64,000 nucleotides of DNA from an uncultured Erysipelotrichaceae bacterium (GCA_902783895.1 CACZST010000034.1:23748-87747), one strand, 5' to 3'; shown: positions 40,465 through 51,343, counted from the first letter of the stretch. Notes: generated from the letters alone by a model not told the origin. Made by a program: numbers and translations.

Positions 40465-40892
40465 TTACGTCTTTTATTTTTTCTATGTTTTATGATGATG
40501 AAAAGGATAATTAATATTGCTCCTGCACCACATCCATAATATATATATTTTTGATTTTCATTCACTTTTTTTGTAGTTGTTGCTTTTTCTTTGCTTTTAT
40601 CAATTTTTATAACATATTCTCCATCTTTTGTATAAAGATAATTTTCTCTAGCATATCTTGCGACATAATCTTTATCTTGAAGTTTTGTGATTTCTGTTTT
40701 GAGGCTTGTTGCATCTGATTTTAATTCAGTTAACTTATTTTGAAGTTCCTTTTCTTCTTTATTTAATGAATATATGTTGATAACTGTTGTTACTAGGGTA
40801 AAAATAAAGTAACAGATGATAAAAGCAGCAATTGGTGCGAGAATAAATAAGCGTCTTTTAGCAGTCTTAGGAACTTTTTTGTTTTTCGCCAT
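40461..40892 (-). CDS. divIC: septum formation initiator family protein (DivIC/FtsB-like)
   Basis: Start MAKNKK; TM, coiled coil LQNKLTELKSDATSLKTEITKLQDKDYVARYARENYLY (DivIC YARE motif); positioned after yabP-yabQ as in Bacillus. Confidence 0.6.
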   Translation of the reverse strand: MAKNKKVPKTAKRRLFILAPIAAFIICYFIFTLVTTVINIYSLNKEEKELQNKLTELKSDATSLKTEITKLQDKDYVARYARENYLYTKDGEYVIKIDKSKEKATTTKKVNENQKYIYYGCGAGAILIILFIIIKHRKNKRRN

Positions 40893-41178
40893 TTTTATCA
40901 CCTCTTATCATCTTAAAGTATAGCATTTTTTTGATTTATTTACAATGTTACTTTTTATTATAGACAAATAGTTTACTAATATAAAAAGGCATTTAAATAT
41001 CATTAACTTTAAATACATGATAAAACATTTTTATTTATTTTCTTATGTATTATAAACTTAAAAATGCATATACTATATATACAATATCTATCTATATATC
41101 ATATATATAATAGATTTACATAATTTGAATGTAAAAAACATCAAAAAGATAAATACCTTTTGATATACATATATTGAG

Positions 41179-41463
41179 TTATTTTTTAAATACTTTTTTT
41201 ATTTTTGTATTTAATATATTTTCTAGAATATAACCTAAAATTAAAGTTAATATAAGATATGGATGAAAGGCTGCATAGTCAATTTTTCTTAGGCCAATAA
41301 AGTATAAAAGCATGCTGATAATGATTATTAAAAATGTACCTAAATACTTTATAAATTTGTTTTTACAATATATTATTTTTTTATTAAGATTTAAAAAAAG
41401 TGAAAAGAATATTCCAAAGAAAAAAGAAAAAATAAGGGTTTGGATTTGTATATTTAAAGGCAT
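41179..41463 (-). CDS. yabQ: spore cortex biosynthesis membrane protein YabQ
   Basis: 94 aa, 3 TM, immediately downstream of yabP with a 1-nt overlap (conserved yabP-yabQ arrangement). Confidence 0.55.
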   Translation of the reverse strand: MPLNIQIQTLIFSFFFGIFFSLFLNLNKKIIYCKNKFIKYLGTFLIIIISMLLYFIGLRKIDYAAFHPYLILTLILGYILENILNTKIKKVFKK

Positions 41464-41753
41464 TATTTAAATAGTTTACTTAAAAATCCATTTTCTTTTT
41501 CTTTTGTATCGCCTTCGGAATATGTTAGACTATCCACTTTTCCTTTAATTGAGACATTTCCTTGATATGTATCTAATTTTATTATTTCTAGTTCTTCTCC
41601 TTTTAGTGTTAAATTACCCATACTTGTAATCATTAAAAACTCATTTTCATCAAAATTTTCTATTTTTTTAACTCCTGTTATGATTATATTTTTCCTTTCG
41701 TTTACGGTTATGCTGTGATTTAAAGATGTTATTACGCTATCTATTTTATCCAT
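41463..41753 (-). CDS. yabP: sporulation protein YabP
   Basis: 96 aa; HSITVNERKNIIITGVKKIENFDENEFLMITSMGNLTLKGEELEIIKLDTYQGNVSIKGKVDSLTY matches the YabP beta-barrel pattern. Confidence 0.8.
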   Translation of the reverse strand: MDKIDSVITSLNHSITVNERKNIIITGVKKIENFDENEFLMITSMGNLTLKGEELEIIKLDTYQGNVSIKGKVDSLTYSEGDTKEKENGFLSKLFK

Positions 41754-41821
41754 GTTTGGCCTCCCTTATTTAAATATATGAAAGGGTTTATTATTTATTC
41801 AAAGAATATAAAAAAAGCAGA

Positions 41822-42076
41822 TTATTCTGCTTCATTATAAGCTTTAATTATAGCTTCTTCTATCATACTACGGCATTCTTGAGTTACCGGATGAGCGATG
41901 TCATGATATTTTCCATCGTTAGTTTTTCGACTAGGCATAGCAGTGAATAATCCGTTATCCCCTTCAATAATTCTAATTCCATGAATAGCAAAACATTCAT
42001 CTATTATAATTGATGCGATTGCTTTCATTTTACCCGCATCTTCTACTTTGCGGATTTTTATAGCTGTAATTTTCAA
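41822..42076 (-). CDS. spoVG: septation protein SpoVG
   Basis: 84 aa; MKITAIKIRKVEDAGKMKAIASIIIDECFAIHGIRIIEGDNGLFTAMPSRKTNDGKYHDIAHPV, near-canonical SpoVG. Confidence 0.9.
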   Translation of the reverse strand: MKITAIKIRKVEDAGKMKAIASIIIDECFAIHGIRIIEGDNGLFTAMPSRKTNDGKYHDIAHPVTQECRSMIEEAIIKAYNEAE

Positions 42077-42151
42077 GCTAACCTCTCCCTTCTAGTCTAT
42101 TACCATCTTCAGTATACAATATTTTTATTTAAAATGTCAATAATTATGCGG

Positions 42152-42391
42152 TTATTCAGATATTTTTATAGTTTTGCTTATAACATCGGCATAAGAAAAA
42201 GATTTGACTGACTTTTGTTTACCGTTTATTTCAACCAGGAAAAGAAAATTATATATTTTTTTAATTGTTGCTTCAAATGTTTCATATTTATTGCGACCGA
42301 GATTGCATTTTATTTTAACGGTTTTACCAATATAAGGAGCTAATGTTTTTTTAATACTGTCTGCGCTATTTCTACCTTGGATATCCAACAT
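42152..42391 (-). CDS. veg: biofilm formation stimulator Veg
   Basis: Internal Met start (MLDIQ...) chosen by alignment to the Veg family (SIKKTLAPYIGKTVKIKCNLGRNKYETFEATIKKIY...SFSYADV). The ORF-track start at 42436 overlaps yabG. Confidence 0.75.
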   Translation of the reverse strand: MLDIQGRNSADSIKKTLAPYIGKTVKIKCNLGRNKYETFEATIKKIYNFLFLVEINGKQKSVKSFSYADVISKTIKISE

Positions 42392-43154
42392 ACATTGTTC
42401 CTTTCGTGATAATACCACCCATTCCATCTTTTCCATACTTGGTTTTTTCTAATATTTCTTTTAAATCAATATCTTTATTTATATCTGCAAGTGCCATGTT
42501 TGCGGCAATTATTGCTGGATCTAAGGCATGAATATTTATTCTTTTTGGGCTTGAAGCAAAGTTAGCTCCTGATGTTATTAGTTTTTCATAATATGATGAG
42601 CAGCCACCAGCTATAATAATTAATTTTTCATGACTTCCTTCATACTGTCTAGCTTTTTCTATTGCATCGGCGAAATATTTACTATTTTTATAGGCATTAA
42701 TATCGTTTTTTTCACCTTTTTTGGGCGAATATACATCGTGACCTGTTATTACAAGAATATTAGGTTTGTATTCTTGCAAGAGATCTTTAACGTTATTTTT
42801 AACGTCTATTTCAGCCTCATTTATTCCTAATGCCCATATATTCATTTTTTTATAATAATCAAGGCATCTTTCTAAGTAGTCTTTATCACTATCTATATGA
42901 AGAATTTTTCCTGGTAAATAAAAGAAATCATCCCTGTTTAATTCTTTTGGTTTGTTTACTCTTTCTAGGAATGGTTTTTCTTCTTCAATGTCTTCATCAT
43001 TATATTGTTTTAAATCACTTATTTGACTGTCAACAATTAGTCTAATATTTACTCCTTTTAAATGACATAATTCTCCTTCAATTTTTATTATTTTGAAGAT
43101 TATATCATTATTATGGGAGTTTCTGGTTACCAAATCTCCTACTTTAAATTCCAT
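42372..43154 (-). CDS. yabG: sporulation-specific protease YabG
   Basis: 260 aa; NILVITGHDVY...LIIIAGGCSSYYE... peptidase U57-like; lies upstream of veg as in Bacillus subtilis. Confidence 0.7.
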   Translation of the reverse strand: MEFKVGDLVTRNSHNNDIIFKIIKIEGELCHLKGVNIRLIVDSQISDLKQYNDEDIEEEKPFLERVNKPKELNRDDFFYLPGKILHIDSDKDYLERCLDYYKKMNIWALGINEAEIDVKNNVKDLLQEYKPNILVITGHDVYSPKKGEKNDINAYKNSKYFADAIEKARQYEGSHEKLIIIAGGCSSYYEKLITSGANFASSPKRINIHALDPAIIAANMALADINKDIDLKEILEKTKYGKDGMGGIITKGTMYVGYPR

Positions 43155-43252
43155 AATATCACCTAGATAAATATATGTATTTTTTTTAAATTAATTCTTT
43201 AAAAATATAATATATTAAATTTTTATATAAATAAAAAAGGTATAAATACCTT

Positions 43253-44152
43253 CTATATTTTTAAATGTTTTCTAACGGCTCTCCAAGAACCAAACATACC
43301 AACTAATATACCAATTATTACTAGGATTAAAGACGTTTCATATACAAATGGTACTGGTTTAATTAGTTTGATAAATGGTGAAAATAATTGTCCATTAAAG
43401 TGGTTATACAAGGATGTGTATCCATATATTGTTAAAATAACAGGGATGATAGAACCTAATAGTCCTAAGATTAAACCTTCAATTATAAATGGGATTCTAA
43501 TATTTAGGTTTGATGCACCTATTAATCTCATGATTCCGATTTCTCTTTGTCTTGAAGATATTGTTATTTTAATTGTATTAGAAATTAAGAATGCAGTTAC
43601 TAAAATTAAGGCAACTACGGCGCCCAAGCATAATTTGTGAACAAATTCAAAAGTGGAAATTAAACTGTCTATTGTTCCTTCTCCATATTTTACTAAGGTT
43701 ATACCATCAATCTTTTTAACTTTATTGGCAACTCCATCAATTTCTTTGATATCAGTTACTTTTATTTGATAAGTATTTTGTATTGGACTTTCTTCATCAT
43801 TCCAATTTTTCATAATACTATCAAATACTTCAGAGGAATCACGCATCTCTGATGTGATGTCTTGTTTTGATTTAAATTCATATTTTTCAACGTTATCGAT
43901 TGATGATATTTCATCTTTTATTTCATCTATTTTTTCTTTTGAGGCATCATTATCGATGAAGGCAACTATTGTAACATCTTTTTCAACTAGTTTTGTAAAG
44001 TTATTTACATTATCAGATAAAATTATGGAAATTGCGACAACTATTAGGGTTATTGTTATACAAGAAATTGAAGCAAAAGATAAAGAAAAGTTTCTGAATA
44101 CACCTTTAAAGGCATCTCTGATATTTCTACCTATTATTCTTAATGTTTTCAT
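43253..44152 (-). CDS. ftsX: cell division ABC-transporter-like permease FtsX
   Basis: 299 aa, 4 TM with large extracellular loop; overlaps ftsE by 4 nt. Confidence 0.8.
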   Translation of the reverse strand: MKTLRIIGRNIRDAFKGVFRNFSLSFASISCITITLIVVAISIILSDNVNNFTKLVEKDVTIVAFIDNDASKEKIDEIKDEISSIDNVEKYEFKSKQDITSEMRDSSEVFDSIMKNWNDEESPIQNTYQIKVTDIKEIDGVANKVKKIDGITLVKYGEGTIDSLISTFEFVHKLCLGAVVALILVTAFLISNTIKITISSRQREIGIMRLIGASNLNIRIPFIIEGLILGLLGSIIPVILTIYGYTSLYNHFNGQLFSPFIKLIKPVPFVYETSLILVIIGILVGMFGSWRAVRKHLKI

Positions 44153-44835
44153 TTATTATAAGTTCCTTCCGCATAATCTTTTACCACTCTTCCTGAATCT
44201 AAAACAATAACTCTTTTTTGTAATTTTTTAACTATATCTATATCATGAGTAACCATAATAATTGTTGTGCCTAATTTATTAATTTCTTCAAGCACTCTCA
44301 TTATTTCCATACCAGTATTTTTATCTAGGTTTCCTGTAGGTTCATCACAAATCAATAATTTTGGTCCATTTACTATAGCTCTTGCTATAGCTACTCTTTG
44401 TTGCTCTCCACCTGATAATTGGGCTGGATAATTTTTTATTTTTGATTTTAATCCAACAAGTTCAAGTGCTTTTATTACTTTCGAATGAATTTCATCTTTT
44501 GGTAGTCCAAATATTTCTAGGGCAAAGGCAACATTTTCATAAACTGTTGATTTTGGTAATAGTTTAAAGTCTTGGAATACAACTCCTATTTTTCTTCTTA
44601 TTTTATAAACTTTACCATTTCTTAGTTTTCCAACATCGATTCCTCCAACAATTATTTGACCGGCAGTTGGTTTTTCTTCACGGTATAACATTTTTATTAG
44701 GGTTGATTTACCACATCCAGTTGAACCTATAATAAAGACAAATTGTCCTTTTTTGATTGAAAGGTTCAAGTCTTGAATAGCGGTTACACCGGTTTTATAA
44801 GTTTTTCTAACCTTAGTTAATCTTATTAACTCCAC
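44149..44835 (-). CDS. ftsE: cell division ATP-binding protein FtsE
   Basis: 228 aa; Walker A GSTGCGKST, ABC signature LSGGEQQR, Walker B LLICDEPT. Confidence 0.9.
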   Translation of the reverse strand: MELIRLTKVRKTYKTGVTAIQDLNLSIKKGQFVFIIGSTGCGKSTLIKMLYREEKPTAGQIIVGGIDVGKLRNGKVYKIRRKIGVVFQDFKLLPKSTVYENVAFALEIFGLPKDEIHSKVIKALELVGLKSKIKNYPAQLSGGEQQRVAIARAIVNGPKLLICDEPTGNLDKNTGMEIMRVLEEINKLGTTIIMVTHDIDIVKKLQKRVIVLDSGRVVKDYAEGTYNK

Positions 44836-44849
44836 TTTATCACTTCTTT

Positions 44850-45749
44850 CTATTCTTCTTCAGGTTTTTTACTTGAAAGTTCATATGTATCCATAGTAAT
44901 TATAAAGGCTTCTGGATCAATTTTTCTAATACTTTCGGTTGCTAAAAAGTATTCTCTTGTTGGTATTGCTGATATTAATACTTTTTTATGTCTATTTGTA
45001 AAACCACCTTCAGCATTTATAACGGTTACTCCATGATTTAATTTGTTTAAAATAAAGTCTTTAATACTTTCTTCTTTATCGGTTATTATTTCCATTGTTT
45101 TATACTCTGAAATACCAAGTATTACTCTATCACTAACATAACCAACTATGGCTAAAGTAATTATTGAGTATAGGAATGATTGCCATCCGAAGGCAATTGC
45201 ACCAAGCGTTACGATTACTCCTTCTGAGTATAAGTTTGCTTTACTAAAAGGTACTTTAAAGTAAACTGTCATTATTTGTTTTAATATATCACTACCACCT
45301 GAAGTAAAATTGTTTTTAAATATCAGTCCTGTACCAAATCCAGATAAAACTGCACCGGCTAATACTAAAACAATCATTTCAGTATTTCCTAAATCAATAT
45401 AATTTGAAACGTTATCTGTTAATTTAATTAATAATGGGAATAATAATGAACCTAAGATAGAGCCTTTAGTTTTTTCTTTACCAAGAAGAAAATAACTGGC
45501 AATTAACAGCAATACATTTCCAATTAAGATTACTATCCACGGCTGAATATTAAAGTATTTTTCAGTGATGATTGAAAGACCACTAACACCTGAAATAATG
45601 TGATTTTCTTTCATAAAAATATTGAAAGAAAGTGCACAAATTAATACTCCGATGAAAAAGTATATATATCTTTTTAGTTTTTTTGAATTATATACTTCTT
45701 TGATTATTTCTTCGTTGTTTATTTTCTTTTTGGTAAGTTTAAATATCAT
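44850..45749 (-). CDS. YitT-family membrane protein (DUF161 + DUF2179)
   Basis: 299 aa; 5 TM then a soluble C-terminal domain. Confidence 0.65.
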   Translation of the reverse strand: MIFKLTKKKINNEEIIKEVYNSKKLKRYIYFFIGVLICALSFNIFMKENHIISGVSGLSIITEKYFNIQPWIVILIGNVLLLIASYFLLGKEKTKGSILGSLLFPLLIKLTDNVSNYIDLGNTEMIVLVLAGAVLSGFGTGLIFKNNFTSGGSDILKQIMTVYFKVPFSKANLYSEGVIVTLGAIAFGWQSFLYSIITLAIVGYVSDRVILGISEYKTMEIITDKEESIKDFILNKLNHGVTVINAEGGFTNRHKKVLISAIPTREYFLATESIRKIDPEAFIITMDTYELSSKKPEEE

Positions 45750-46844
45750 ATTACATTTCTCCTTAGATTATCATTTATAAATTTATCAAGGTCACCATCT
45801 AATACTTTATTTACATTTACATCTTCTGTATTAGTTCGGTGGTCTTTTACTAAAGAGTATGGATGCATTACATAACTTCTTATTTGTGAGCCAAAATTTA
45901 TATCTTGTTTCTCACCTTGAATTTTTTTCATTTCATCCTCTTTATTTTTTTGCTCTATTTCATATAACTTACTACGTAAAATTTGCATTGCTTTTGCTTT
46001 ATTTTGAACTTGACTACGTTCATTTTGACATGTAACTACAATTCCAGTTGGAAGGTGGGTTATTCTAACAGCACTATCAGTTGTGTTTACTGACTGTCCA
46101 CCAGCTCCACTACTATGGTAAACATCGATTTTTAAATCTTTATCATCAATATCAATTTTTATTGTATCGTCAATAACAGGAGTTACAGTTACGGAAGCAA
46201 ATGAAGTATGTCTTCTGGCCCCAGAATCAAAAGGTGATATTCTTACTAGTCTATGAATACCCTTTTCATTTTTTAAATATCCATAAGCATTTAATCCTTT
46301 AACGATTAATGTAATACTTTTTATACCGGCTTCTAAACCTGGCTGGGTATCAACAACTTCTACTTTATAATTATGTTTTTCACAGTATCTTGAATACATA
46401 CGGTAAAGCATATTGGCCCAATCACAAGCTTCGGTTCCACCAGCCCCAGAATGTATTTCTAAAACTGCATCGTTTTTATCATATTCATTATTAAGTAATA
46501 TTTCGACTTCTACTTTTTCTATTTCTTTCCCAATATTTATACTTTCTTTTTCTAACCATTGTAGACTATTTACATCGTCTGGATCAATTTCTATTGCCAT
46601 TTCTAAATAATCTTTAGTTTCCGAAAGTAAATTTTTAACGTTTTCTAGTGTTTTCTTTTCACTATTTAAAATTGAAATTACTTCTTCACTATGTTTACGG
46701 TCATCCCAAAAATTTGGTAAATTCATTTCTTCTTCAAGTTTTTTTATTTTTTCTTCTTTAGCTTTTGGGTCAAAGTGACCTCCATAATTCATTTATTTTA
46801 TTTAGGCTTTTTTCATATATATTTATTGCTTCTTTTTTTTCCAT
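45746..46844 (-). CDS. prfB: peptide chain release factor 2 with programmed +1 ribosomal frameshift: join(46773..46844, then skip 46772, 45746..46771)
   Basis: ATG at 46844 (AGGGAGG SD) encodes MEKKEAINIYEKSLNKINELWRSL then CTT TGA C (46770-46776) with internal SD GGAGG 3 nt upstream. A +1 shift reads GAC CCA AAA = DPK and continues as ORF-track frame 45746..46792 (…SPFDSGARRHTSF, GGQ in [23 protein letters not shown]). Confidence 0.9.
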
Positions 46845-46962
46845 TTTTTTGCCTCCCTATCATTAAATCATTATATCAAATTTTTATATTTTTTTAAAGT
46901 CACTGCTTGACTTTTTATGAAAGCTATTTAAGTTAAAAAAGAATGATTTACTTTAAACCATT

Positions 46963-48180
46963 CTAATTATTTATTTTTATCATTTTTCTTGATACAATTA
47001 TTGCTAAACTAATAAATATAATTCCAATTGATGCGATTATTATTGATGCTTTTGCGGAGGTAGCTGGAACTTCAACTATTTGCGGGTTGTCTGTTTTACT
47101 ATTCTTATCATCTTTTATAGTATCTTTTATAATATCTGTTGCATTGGCTTTTTTATCATCTACTTCATCATCTTTTTCATCATCTTTTGGTGCATATAAT
47201 GTATATGGACTTTCTTTAGTACCTTCTCCTTCTAAAGTAGTTTCACTTGATATATAGAAGGCTGGGCGAACGCCTAATGTAGATGTTGCAACATTAAAGT
47301 CAATTACTCCTGTTAAAGATGAATTTGCTGAATCAAGATGAAGGTTATCCTGGGAATAATAAGGATTTGATATTGGATTTAAAAACCATGGAGAGATTTT
47401 TGAATACAAATAATTATGACTTGTTATGTTTTTATGACAAGACTCTTTGGCTTGATAATTTCTAAAGGCTGCAAATCCGTTACATTCAGGGTTTGTGCTT
47501 GCTTTAATATAATCAGTTACATTCATTAAAGCTATTTTGCCTTTCCATTTATATGTAGCTTCCTCATTTAAAGTTTCACTTACTGGAGCATCACTTTTTA
47601 CGTAGTAATAATCTACACTACCTATATTCCAAATATAATCTACTATTATTTTTTTAATATCATCAGATAGGCTATTATACCAAGTTGTATTTAAATATGT
47701 ATTTAAACTTGCCTCTTTATCTGGCAAATTATATAGTTTATCACCTATTCCTTTTGGCATTTGAGTTACATTATTACTGTTTGAATCTAGTGTAGTTGTA
47801 TTACTTCCCCAGACATTACATCCATAATCTGAATTACAATAGTCTTCGGAATTTGTGGATTTTCTATTTTCTTTTGTATCAAAATTGGCAGATGATGAAT
47901 TATATACTGTACCATTAGCGTCATTTTTTACTATTTTCATTTTACCATCTACTTCAATTGATATTATTCTATATAAGCTATTATTTAGTTTTAAGTAATT
48001 ATTTGGACTACCACCTTTATAGATATATCTCCCTTCTTCATCATTATCTATATAAAGCCCATCTCCTGATGTCACTGTATTTAAAACTAGGTTTCTGGAA
48101 GTAATGCTTTGAGCTTTTACTTGTGTATTTAAAGTTAGAGGTATTCCAATTAAACCTAAATAAGTCAAAATATTTTTCAT
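46963..48180 (-). CDS. surface-protein family paralog with VEVPATSA + TM + basic tail C-terminus
   Basis: Start MKNILTYLGLIGIPLTLNTQVKA after AGGAGGA; conserved blocks GDGLYID..GRYIYKGGSPNNYLKL, LPDKEASLNTYLN, KWKGKIALMNVTDYIKAS, RPAFYISSETTLEGEGT. Confidence 0.7.
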   Translation of the reverse strand: MKNILTYLGLIGIPLTLNTQVKAQSITSRNLVLNTVTSGDGLYIDNDEEGRYIYKGGSPNNYLKLNNSLYRIISIEVDGKMKIVKNDANGTVYNSSSANFDTKENRKSTNSEDYCNSDYGCNVWGSNTTTLDSNSNNVTQMPKGIGDKLYNLPDKEASLNTYLNTTWYNSLSDDIKKIIVDYIWNIGSVDYYYVKSDAPVSETLNEEATYKWKGKIALMNVTDYIKASTNPECNGFAAFRNYQAKESCHKNITSHNYLYSKISPWFLNPISNPYYSQDNLHLDSANSSLTGVIDFNVATSTLGVRPAFYISSETTLEGEGTKESPYTLYAPKDDEKDDEVDDKKANATDIIKDTIKDDKNSKTDNPQIVEVPATSAKASIIIASIGIIFISLAIIVSRKMIKINN

Positions 48181-48268
48181 AGGTTTTCCTCCTATTATTA
48201 CTATACCCATAATACTTGAAAAGTTAATTAGAAAATAGCAATTAGATATATAAAAAAAGATATCATTT

Positions 48269-49756
48269 TTATTTACTGATATCCTTCTTTTTAAATACTT
48301 TTAAATATAAGTATCCACTTACTGCAAGTAATATGACTGCACCTACTATTACAAATATTGATGTGAATAATGAAGTTGGTGGTACATCTACTATTTGGGT
48401 AATACTTGATGTTATATTATTTGAATTAGCAGATCCTCCCATATTTGATAAAGTATATGGACTGTTTTCGCTTCCTTCTCCACCAGTTATACTAATAGAT
48501 GAATTTAAATGAACAACTGGTCTTATTGAGAATGAATTATAATATACTGCACCAAAATCTTGGTAAACATATTGTGGGTTTAATCCTTGATTTGAGGCTG
48601 AATACACAAGTTCATTACTGTTATAAACTGGTGTGATTAATAAATAATTATAATCAGTAAATTTGTATGTCTCAGGTGGAATTAAATAATTTGATTTATC
48701 ACAATTATTTTTTAAGGTTGGGTATCTAAATTTTGCATATGTACCATATTTTTCACTTCCATCTACTAATTTGTCATCACTCCAACTATTAGCACATCCT
48801 CCCCAATTATCTTTTTGTGTGCATTCTCCGTTAGTATTAACTAATGTCATCGTTCCACATGTTTTTTCATCATTAGTTGCTTCAAGTACATCTGTTAATG
48901 TTGGCATAGCAACATTACCATTCCATGTATATTTACTTTCTTCTTCATTATTTTCTTTTATAATATTATTAATTTCTGTAAAATAACTATCATAAGTAGG
49001 TTTTAACTCCTCCATTTTTTGCTTTTCTTTTTCCATTTGAGATTTATAATATGTTGAATTAGTACCACTTGGATCATTTTCATAATTTTTTTTATTTGTC
49101 TCATAAAAATCTTTAGCACCCAAGTATCCTACCACTTTTTCTTCATATACTTTATCTTTTAAAGATACACCACCAATATTATAATTGTATTTTACGATTT
49201 GATTTTTGGCATTTTCTGATAGCTTTTTATAATAATCATTATTTAAATAATCATTAATATCTGAGTTATTTTCAACTTTACCTTTTAATTCAAACGTTTT
49301 GTCATATTGATCATAATCTAAGCTATTGGGCCCGCTATAGCCACTAAGACCATTTTCTGTTACACCTGCATAGACACCGTTACTGAAGCTATCTGTTTTA
49401 GCCCAGGCATTACATCCAAATTGGGCATAATCACAGTATCTATTCCCTGTTGGTTTTTGCTGATCAATGTCAAATGTTGCATTATTATCTAGGGTATTTG
49501 ATCTAATTATTTTTAATGTTCCATCTTTTTCGATGGCCATTACTCTCCAAAGTTCATTATTGAATTTGATATAGTTATTTGGATTTGCTCCTTTATAGAC
49601 ATATCTGCCTTCAGTTACTTCATCTTTGTAAAGTCCTTCACCTTCAGTTACTACTTTACTTTTTAAAGTTTCTGAAGCAGTACTTGCGGCGTTTACCTGT
49701 GATATCATAGTAAAAGGTATACTAAATAAGCTTAAAAATAATAAAAATTTTTTCAT
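48269..49756 (-). CDS. surface-protein family paralog (divergent middle) with DVPPTSL + TM + basic tail C-terminus
   Basis: 495 aa; signal peptide MKKFLLFLSLFSIPFTMISQVNA; GEGLYKD..GRYVYKGANPNNYIKFNNELWRV N-terminal block. Confidence 0.7.
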   Translation of the reverse strand: MKKFLLFLSLFSIPFTMISQVNAASTASETLKSKVVTEGEGLYKDEVTEGRYVYKGANPNNYIKFNNELWRVMAIEKDGTLKIIRSNTLDNNATFDIDQQKPTGNRYCDYAQFGCNAWAKTDSFSNGVYAGVTENGLSGYSGPNSLDYDQYDKTFELKGKVENNSDINDYLNNDYYKKLSENAKNQIVKYNYNIGGVSLKDKVYEEKVVGYLGAKDFYETNKKNYENDPSGTNSTYYKSQMEKEKQKMEELKPTYDSYFTEINNIIKENNEEESKYTWNGNVAMPTLTDVLEATNDEKTCGTMTLVNTNGECTQKDNWGGCANSWSDDKLVDGSEKYGTYAKFRYPTLKNNCDKSNYLIPPETYKFTDYNYLLITPVYNSNELVYSASNQGLNPQYVYQDFGAVYYNSFSIRPVVHLNSSISITGGEGSENSPYTLSNMGGSANSNNITSSITQIVDVPPTSLFTSIFVIVGAVILLAVSGYLYLKVFKKKDISK

Positions 49757-49820
49757 TTTTCTCCTCCTATTTTTACTATACCCATTTTAGCAAAAAAAAG
49801 TAATATTTTTGATGGATAAT

Positions 49821-51323
49821 TTACACTTGTTTTGCTTTGTTTTGAAGTTTTTTTATTTGATTTTCAATAAGTAATATTTTAAACTTATTTTCATTAATTT
49901 TAAAGTTTGATTTTTCAATATTTTGCAATAATTTCATTTTTTTATTGTTAAGTAAAAAGTCTTTGCCGATGCTTACTAATTTTGGAAGATAAAATTTTTC
50001 AATACAGGCATTCATAGCAATGAATTCATCACCAACAGTTTTTAAATTAGGTTTATTTATTTCTTTTAACTCTCCATTACATATTAAGAAGGAGTTTCCT
50101 ACTTTGGTTAGGTTTGGAAAATTTATTTTACTAATGTTTGAATTACAATAGATGAAATCATTTCCTACTTCTTTTAAATTTGGTAATGATATTTTTTTCA
50201 TGTTATAGTTATAAGTTAAAAAATCATCTTCTATTTTTTCTAAGTTTGGCATATTAATTTCTTCTAAATATTCACTGTGGTATAAAAATTTACTACCTAT
50301 TTCTTTTAGGTTTTTATTTTCGTAAGAGATTAATCTATTTTGATTATCCAATGTTATTAAAGTTTCACCCTTTTCAGTAATTAACGTTATTAACTTTTTT
50401 TCTTTTGTTTTACTTATATTAATTTTTTTAATATTTTTTAAATTATCTAAAAAAGAATTTTCTGCTTCTTCATTATAAGTATATATTTTTTTATTTTGAA
50501 TGTCTAAGATGAATTCATCAAATAATATATAGGAATCTTTTTTATAAGTGATTACTTTATCACCATCAATTATAATGTTGTTTGGACAGTAAAATATACC
50601 GTTTATTTCAAGGTTATACTTATATAATTTACCGTTTTTATCCTCAATGTATTTTTCTAATCTTAATCCTTCTTCAGGATTTGTTTGGGTAAGACCATAT
50701 GTTGTTTCAAAGGCATACGTAAGTCCTGGAATGATATTTTCTAAATTATTACTAAAAGTTGCGTCTGGATTATCTACTGTATGATTATATCTATTTTTTA
50801 TTGATAATGTTTTATATTTATCTTTTGTAAATTGAATACTGATAACTGATGTACCGTATTCATCTTGTCTTTTTGGATCATTAAAGTTTTCTCTTTTTAT
50901 TTCATTTACGTTTTTTTTAATGGCCCAAAAGACATGGCATCTTTCTAATCGATTACTGTGAAATGAACATAATTCTTCATTTTGAGTAAAATACCTTTTA
51001 AAGCTTTCAAGCTGTTCTTCAGTATGACACTCATAAAAATCATAGCCTGCTTCTTCTAATAATTCTTTTGGGGTTTTATCTGTCTTTGTTTTAGTTATTA
51101 CATTTTCAACTTTACTGAAGATAAATTGTTTGAAGGTATTTGTTACGCCAGCTGAGATGATATCATCATAGAGGTATTTATTTTCTTCGAAATTTTTTTC
51201 TAATATTTTAGGAAGTAATCCTTTAGTTTCTAATATAGTTGAAAAAAGTTCTCGGCAGAGATGCATCATTTTTTCCCCATATTTTTTCTTAATCCATTTT
51301 AAATCATCATTCATATATATCAT
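49821..51323 (-). CDS. cytoplasmic NTD-LRR family protein, copy 1 (conserved roughly 220 aa N-domain plus about 6 BspA-type 23-aa LRRs)
   Basis: 500 aa; no signal peptide; invariant RQDEYGTSVISIQFTKD; repeats of the form FPNLxxVGNxFLxxNxxLKEINKPNL. Confidence 0.7.
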   Translation of the reverse strand: MIYMNDDLKWIKKKYGEKMMHLCRELFSTILETKGLLPKILEKNFEENKYLYDDIISAGVTNTFKQFIFSKVENVITKTKTDKTPKELLEEAGYDFYECHTEEQLESFKRYFTQNEELCSFHSNRLERCHVFWAIKKNVNEIKRENFNDPKRQDEYGTSVISIQFTKDKYKTLSIKNRYNHTVDNPDATFSNNLENIIPGLTYAFETTYGLTQTNPEEGLRLEKYIEDKNGKLYKYNLEINGIFYCPNNIIIDGDKVITYKKDSYILFDEFILDIQNKKIYTYNEEAENSFLDNLKNIKKINISKTKEKKLITLITEKGETLITLDNQNRLISYENKNLKEIGSKFLYHSEYLEEINMPNLEKIEDDFLTYNYNMKKISLPNLKEVGNDFIYCNSNISKINFPNLTKVGNSFLICNGELKEINKPNLKTVGDEFIAMNACIEKFYLPKLVSIGKDFLLNNKKMKLLQNIEKSNFKINENKFKILLIENQIKKLQNKAKQV

Positions 51324-51343
51324 CCTTTATATTCTTTGAATGG

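Noticed and set aside
42372-42436. Overlap between the yabG 3' end and the veg 5' end, suspected to be a frameshift or fusion
   Set aside because: The two are in different frames with an intact stop for yabG. The Veg alignment supports an internal Met start (42391), leaving only a 20-nt overlap.
46928-46955. Putative terminator hairpin (agaatg...cattct) downstream of surface gene 46963..48180
   Set aside because: The stem is only 6 bp with a 13-nt loop, which is too weak to call.
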